A DNA stretch of 64,000 nt, taken from Candidatus Bipolaricaulota bacterium. GTDB taxonomy: Bacteria > Bipolaricaulota > Bipolaricaulia > UBA7950 > UBA9294. Numbering within the stretch: the stretch's first letter is position 1; each line of letters opens with the position of its first letter. Location of the stretch: contig JAUWGE010000005.1 of the NCBI GenBank assembly GCA_030606565.1, positions 7,777 through 71,776 on the forward strand, in the 5' to 3' direction. Of this stretch, positions 59,969-64,000 are shown piece by piece. A program made the translations under genes and the position numbers. The notes under the pieces are model-generated. The model saw nothing but the letters and a program-made list of their open reading frames with translations. It was not told where the DNA came from and made no database searches.

Positions 59969-60682
59969 TCAAGCTTGAAGAAGTTCTCGGAAGGTAGCGG
60001 CATTTTGCACTGCGTAGCCACCGATGTCGTTATTGAAGAAGGCGTAGATATCCCGGGCACCAGACTGCCTCGCCCAGTGAGCGCGTCTTTGAAGCTGGTT
60101 ATCGGGGTAGCTTCCCTGATACCCACCGCCAGGGCCGTGGGAGCGCAGGTAAAGAAGTGGCCCAATCAAGATCTCTGGACAGCGGCTTTTGGGCATATCA
60201 TGCACACAGAGCATGGCTCCCTTTGCCACAAGGAGCTCATACACTTTTTGAGTGAACCAGCTTGGATCACGGAATTCCAACACCGGTGTGGGTTTCGCTG
60301 GCAGAAGGTCGAGAAACGTCTTAAAAAGAGAAAGGTTCACCTCGAAGCTAGGGGGAAGTTGCCAAAGGACCAAAGCTAGCTTTTCCTGCAAGGCCACCAC
60401 CCGTTTGTAGAACACGGCCACTGGCTCCTCGCAATCTTCAAGCCGCTTGATATGGGACACATAGCGGCTACCTTTAAGGACAAACAGGAAGTCCTCAGGT
60501 GTCCGCTCATGCCAGGACTCCAAGGTAGTCTGGCGGGGGAGGTGATAGAAGGAGCTATTGATCTCAACACAATCAAACCGGTCGGAATAGAATTCCAGAA
60601 AGCGCCGCTGCGGCAAATCCTCGGGGTAAAAGACACCCTTCCAGTGCTGATATGAGAATCCAGACGTTCCCACACGGATCAT
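59969..60682 (-). CDS. DUF72 family protein
   Basis: MIRVGTSGFSYQHWKGVFYPEDLPQRRFLEFYSDRFDCVEINSSFYHLP is the DUF72 N-terminal signature. Confidence 0.8.
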   Translation of the reverse strand: MIRVGTSGFSYQHWKGVFYPEDLPQRRFLEFYSDRFDCVEINSSFYHLPRQTTLESWHERTPEDFLFVLKGSRYVSHIKRLEDCEEPVAVFYKRVVALQEKLALVLWQLPPSFEVNLSLFKTFLDLLPAKPTPVLEFRDPSWFTQKVYELLVAKGAMLCVHDMPKSRCPEILIGPLLYLRSHGPGGGYQGSYPDNQLQRRAHWARQSGARDIYAFFNNDIGGYAVQNAATFRELLQA

Positions 60683-61068
60683 GACGCATCTACCCCCGGG
60701 ACTGTTTCATCGCTGCAAGCAGCTTATAAAGGCTGGATTCAGCTAAAGGACCCACCATCTTTGAACACTTCCTCTCCCAAATATAGTCTGTTTAGGAACC
60801 GACGGTCAACCGGGAAGTGGTGATCGAATGGCCTCGTAGTTGGAGGGGATGTTGGACTGCAAGACCAGGTCCTACCCAGACGGAGCCATGGCTCCATCTG
60901 ATGTCTGTCCATTTTTCCCGGTTCCCCTCTCAAGCTTCGTTTGTGACTAGCCGCTACCAGGTTGTAAGGCTTGTATTCAGTCTACCTACGACATTATCGC
61001 ACGAGGTACAATCCCTCACCGCCCCGCAGCTTGCCGCGAGGTTTCTTTATAGTATAATGACCATTTAG

Positions 61069-61338
61069 GTGGTTATTATGAAACTAACAACTGTTAAGGA
61101 GTTCAGAGACCAAGCGACGAAGTTTCTGCGCAGTCGAGATCCCGTCCTCATTACTCGTAGAGGGAAGCCTGCTGGGATCTACGTCTCCCTAGAGAAAGAG
61201 GAGGACCTCCCCGTTGATTTTCGCAAAGAACTTATGTTGGCGCTTGTGACCCAGGTGAAGAAGAGCCTGCAGGAGCACGGCTTCACCGAGCAAGAGATCC
61301 TCAGCGACTTTGAAACCACCCGACAGGCTCATCGTTGA
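61069..61338 (+). CDS. Type II antitoxin, Phd/YefM family
   Basis: MKLTTVKEFRDQATKFLRSRDPVLITRRGKPAGIYVS matches the Phd/YefM N-terminal fold pattern. Overlaps the downstream PIN gene. Confidence 0.65.
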   Translation: MVIMKLTTVKEFRDQATKFLRSRDPVLITRRGKPAGIYVSLEKEEDLPVDFRKELMLALVTQVKKSLQEHGFTEQEILSDFETTRQAHR

Positions 61339-61735
61339 CGCAAATCCCATCATCTCCGCCCTCCTTGGAGGTGCTGCTCTCCGGGCCTTCTGGAGTCCCT
61401 CGCTCAAGGAACTGGCAACAACCGCATTCACCATGGGCGAGGTTCTCTCTTACCTCCCGCAGCTAGCGAGGAAAATCTCAGTCGCTGAGGAGATGCTTCG
61501 CTTTACGCTTGAGCTCCTTCCATTGACCGTGCACGGAAAGGAAGTCTATCAGAACCAGATGGCAGAAGCGAGGAGGAGGATAGGGAAGCGAGATCCAAAC
61601 GATGTTGATCTGTTGGCGCTGGTATTGGCATTGGGCTACCCTCTTTGGTCAAACGATCGCGACTTCGAAGGGACAGGAGTAACCCTATTCACGACAGCGA
61701 GCTTGCTGAAATCGCTTCCGTCCAAAGGATCATGA
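61310..61735 (+). CDS. PIN-domain toxin (VapC-like)
   Basis: LIVDANPIISALL (first acidic residue) ... DVDLLALVLALGYPLWSNDRDF (PIN C-terminal acidic motif). Confidence 0.65.
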   Translation: MKPPDRLIVDANPIISALLGGAALRAFWSPSLKELATTAFTMGEVLSYLPQLARKISVAEEMLRFTLELLPLTVHGKEVYQNQMAEARRRIGKRDPNDVDLLALVLALGYPLWSNDRDFEGTGVTLFTTASLLKSLPSKGS

Positions 61736-61799
61736 GAACCCCGCCGTTGTCACGAAAGGCTTCTGATGTTGCGTGTCCCCGATCGTGGAAATCCCACCG

Positions 61800-63032
61800 T
61801 CACAAGGGAGCGGCCGGCTCGAGGCGTGGGCCGAGTACTTGCTGCACGAACTTCCCCTGGGACTGATCAGCAGCGATGATGTGGCAAAGCTCCTCTTCCA
61901 CCGACTCTGTCAGGCCAAGGCGTTCAGCCGCAGCAAGTGCCAGGTCGAACGGCGTGGTGACATCCTCGTCGGTGATATCATACCCCCAGTCCGCTGCAAG
62001 CCAGCGCAAGGAGGCGATCGCCGCACCGAGGGCAAAACGGGTATTGCTCTCAAGATAGTCCCTTGCCGCTCGGTTGAGCGTCTTTGGGTCGCAGGGGCTG
62101 CGTGATACAAGTTCCAGCGCCAGATCGTAGCGGCCGATCTGCTTCGCCGTGGCGAACCACTTACCTTCTTTACCAGGGGTTGATGCTATCAGATCGTCGA
62201 GGATCTCACCCTTATCCTTCATCGGATACTGCTTAGCGATCTCTCTAAACCAGGCAAGATAGGTATTCCCGCCGTGAGCGGTGAGGGCATAGCGTTGGTA
62301 CGCCTCTTCGTCGCGCCCGGCAGAGAGGAGGATCTGTTCACAGGTTCGATCGATCTCTTCATCCGGCATGTTCAGGCCACGCGAGGCTTCCGCATACGCA
62401 AGCGCCTCGTCCTTCTTATCGAGTGCTAGCAGGGCCTCGACCCCGAAGCGACGATAGGGCCAGAAGGAGGGCCGATCCAGTTCCAAGAGATCGAGGAGCT
62501 CCTGATACCGCCCCGCCGTAAGCAGACAGGAGAGACACGCTGTGCTCCCGTGAAAGTAGCTACCAGGCTCGGGATCGGTCCAGGCCCAGCGCACGAGGGT
62601 AATCAATTGGTTTGCCCATGTCGAGGCGACATCTTTTGATCCGCAAAGCTCTCCCCATCGATCCCCAACCGGATCAAGGTAGCCCACTCCGTCCTCCTCC
62701 TTAGCCTTCCATAACCGGTCGAGCCACCTGTCCCGTGTCTTCCGATCCGCAGGAGCATCGATCAGGATCGGGAGCAGAGCCTGCAGCGTTCGATAGACCG
62801 CCGCCCCCAGGGCCCCGGAGGAACCGTCCACGGCTTCCAGCGCGGGCCACAGCTTCTCCATCAGCCGGACCGCGCCATCAGCAGCATACACTAGATCCTT
62901 CCTTGAAACCTTCTTGATCTCGGAGACCGCCTCACGCAGGCGTTGACAGGCCAGCCGCGACGCTTTCCAACCGAACTGCCGCACCCGAAAACGGGCTGGG
63001 AAGACCCACTTATGTTTGCTTGGTGGTATCAT
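61800..63032 (-). CDS. Hypothetical alpha-helical protein (410 aa), no recognisable domain
   Basis: Long ORF with helical/Leu-rich composition, located between toxin-antitoxin genes. Confidence 0.45.
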   Translation of the reverse strand: MIPPSKHKWVFPARFRVRQFGWKASRLACQRLREAVSEIKKVSRKDLVYAADGAVRLMEKLWPALEAVDGSSGALGAAVYRTLQALLPILIDAPADRKTRDRWLDRLWKAKEEDGVGYLDPVGDRWGELCGSKDVASTWANQLITLVRWAWTDPEPGSYFHGSTACLSCLLTAGRYQELLDLLELDRPSFWPYRRFGVEALLALDKKDEALAYAEASRGLNMPDEEIDRTCEQILLSAGRDEEAYQRYALTAHGGNTYLAWFREIAKQYPMKDKGEILDDLIASTPGKEGKWFATAKQIGRYDLALELVSRSPCDPKTLNRAARDYLESNTRFALGAAIASLRWLAADWGYDITDEDVTTPFDLALAAAERLGLTESVEEELCHIIAADQSQGKFVQQVLGPRLEPAAPL

Positions 63033-63112
63033 CCTCGTTCTCTCGACTGCGATCGTATGTCAGTTTCACCGGAGCATCTCCTTTACCCTGTTGCCTCATC
63101 GACCAGGCACCT

Positions 63113-63334
63113 TCAGGTTGCAACCTGGTAGATCACTGGCTTGTATTTGGGCTGTGGGATAGGTTTACCCGCAGCGCGGGCTGCCTCAAGCCATATTGCT
63201 TTTGCGATTTCTGCTTCTCTCAGCGCTTCCCCTGGAGTTTTTCCGAAAGCTGAGCAGGCTTCCAAGTCAGGGATATCAGCGATGTAGCCGCCGTCTTCTT
63301 CGCTGTAAAAGATATTGATGTGATAATCTTTCAC
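63113..63334 (-). CDS. HicB-like (UPF0150) antitoxin-family protein
   Basis: MKDYHINIFYSEEDGGYIADIPDLEACSAFGKTPGEALREAEIAKAIWLEAARAAGKPIPQP matches the HicB/UPF0150 pattern. Confidence 0.55.
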   Translation of the reverse strand: MKDYHINIFYSEEDGGYIADIPDLEACSAFGKTPGEALREAEIAKAIWLEAARAAGKPIPQPKYKPVIYQVAT

Positions 63335-63428
63335 TGCTCACCTCTAAAAACGAGGTCTCAGCCTAGCTTGTTTGCATAGCCCATTCTGCTCAAGATATGC
63401 GACCAGATCACGGCGTTTAACCGACATT

Positions 63429-63647
63429 CTATGTCTCGATCGCGACCTGCTCGAAGAGAGCTCCTCCAAGTGGAATCTCTCTGCCTTGTTGGCGATAAGC
63501 TAAGAGCATTTCGCGCAACGCGTCCTTGAGCAGTTCCCTGCACTCCTCCAGGGTTTGACCTTCAGTGACCACTTCGGGCCATTCGACCAATTGCCCCATG
63601 TAACCGGAACTGATCTTTGTGTACTTGGCAGTGTAAGTACTAGGCAT
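63429..63647 (-). CDS. Second HicB-like/UPF0150-like small protein
   Basis: MPSTYTAKYTKISSGYMGQLVEWPEVVTEGQTLEECRELLKDALREMLLAYRQQGREIP has the same fold pattern. No HicA-like ORF found adjacent. Confidence 0.4.
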   Translation of the reverse strand: MPSTYTAKYTKISSGYMGQLVEWPEVVTEGQTLEECRELLKDALREMLLAYRQQGREIPLGGALFEQVAIET

Positions 63648-63784
63648 GATTGTTCCTCCCCCCTCTATACCCCTGAGCCTGGTTCATGATTATAGCACGA
63701 TGTACCACCTGTTTGCTGGCTCTTCGATGGTGAGCGTTGCTTAAAGGTACGGAAATTCAAAAATCGAGATCAGGCACGGCCTAT

Positions 63785-64000
63785 TTATAGACTACCTCTT
63801 TGCTGTCTCTGATGGACTTAAGGAAGTAGCGGTTTCTTATGGCGCTCCGCATCACAAGGTCGACAGGGCGACCGAATAGCCTTTGCAGAGCACTGAGCAG
63901 ACCGAAGTAGTTATCGGCATATTCCCCGGCGTGCAATGGCAGGAACTCAACGATGAAATCGAGATCGCTTGCCTGATTGTCAAACTCCCCACCTGCTACT
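63785..64000 (-). CDS. Minimal nucleotidyltransferase (MNT-type, HEPN/MNT toxin-antitoxin family). 5' end lies beyond the window.
   Basis: Minus-strand translation ...VAGGEFDNQASDLDFIVEFLPLHAGEYADNYFGLLSALQRLFGRPVDLVMRSAIRNRYFLKSIRDSKEVVYK* is an MNT signature (G-x10-DhD). Not in the ORF track because it is truncated by the window edge. Confidence 0.5.

Noticed and set aside
59782-64000. Prophage inserted at tmRNA
   Set aside because: No integrase, terminase, capsid or other phage structural genes are in the 4.2 kb following ssrA, and I saw no repeat of the tmRNA 3' end. Reported only as a TA-rich islet.

Overview
This is a 64-kb stretch of a high-GC (about 58-60%) bacterial chromosome. The core gene set (valS-folC-uppS-cdsA, dprA, comEC, ssrA) has a Chloroflexota/Thermus-like flavour, but I cannot place the organism from sequence alone. 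Most of the window is housekeeping or metabolic: a large secreted beta-helix/glycosidase protein, a peptide-type ABC importer with permease and binding-protein genes but no ATPase, an isocitrate/isopropylmalate-dehydrogenase-family gene next to a MmgE/PrpD gene, a tungsten-type aldehyde:ferredoxin oxidoreductase, gyrB, murE, coaE, nadE, an Hsp20, HU, glnA, a NuoE/NuoF-like electron-bifurcation-type operon, dinB, the valS..cdsA block, ndk, dprA, comEC and a tmRNA. Three patches look accessory. (i) About 27.4-33.7 kb is lower in GC and cassette-like: DUF2971, a SHOCT protein, a zinc-ribbon protein, a frameshifted nitroreductase and a tiny membrane protein, interspersed with a family of roughly 90-bp intergenic repeats and a duplicated 47-nt upstream element. 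(ii) 47.6-49.2 kb is an AT-rich, essentially gene-free patch holding a small element flanked by inverted repeats. (iii) Downstream of ssrA, from 59.8 kb to the window end, lies a toxin-antitoxin-rich segment (Phd/PIN, HicB-like, nucleotidyltransferase). The strongest candidates for something undescribed are the divergent small-basic-protein / RHH-like / DUF2971 module with its surrounding repeat family, and the unusual NuoE-NuoF-(2Fe2S+GltD+NuoG/MopB fusion) operon with a truncated GltD paralog. I found no CRISPR array and no rRNA or tRNA genes other than the tmRNA. All functional calls come from recognising motifs in the ORF-track translations; none was checked against a database.
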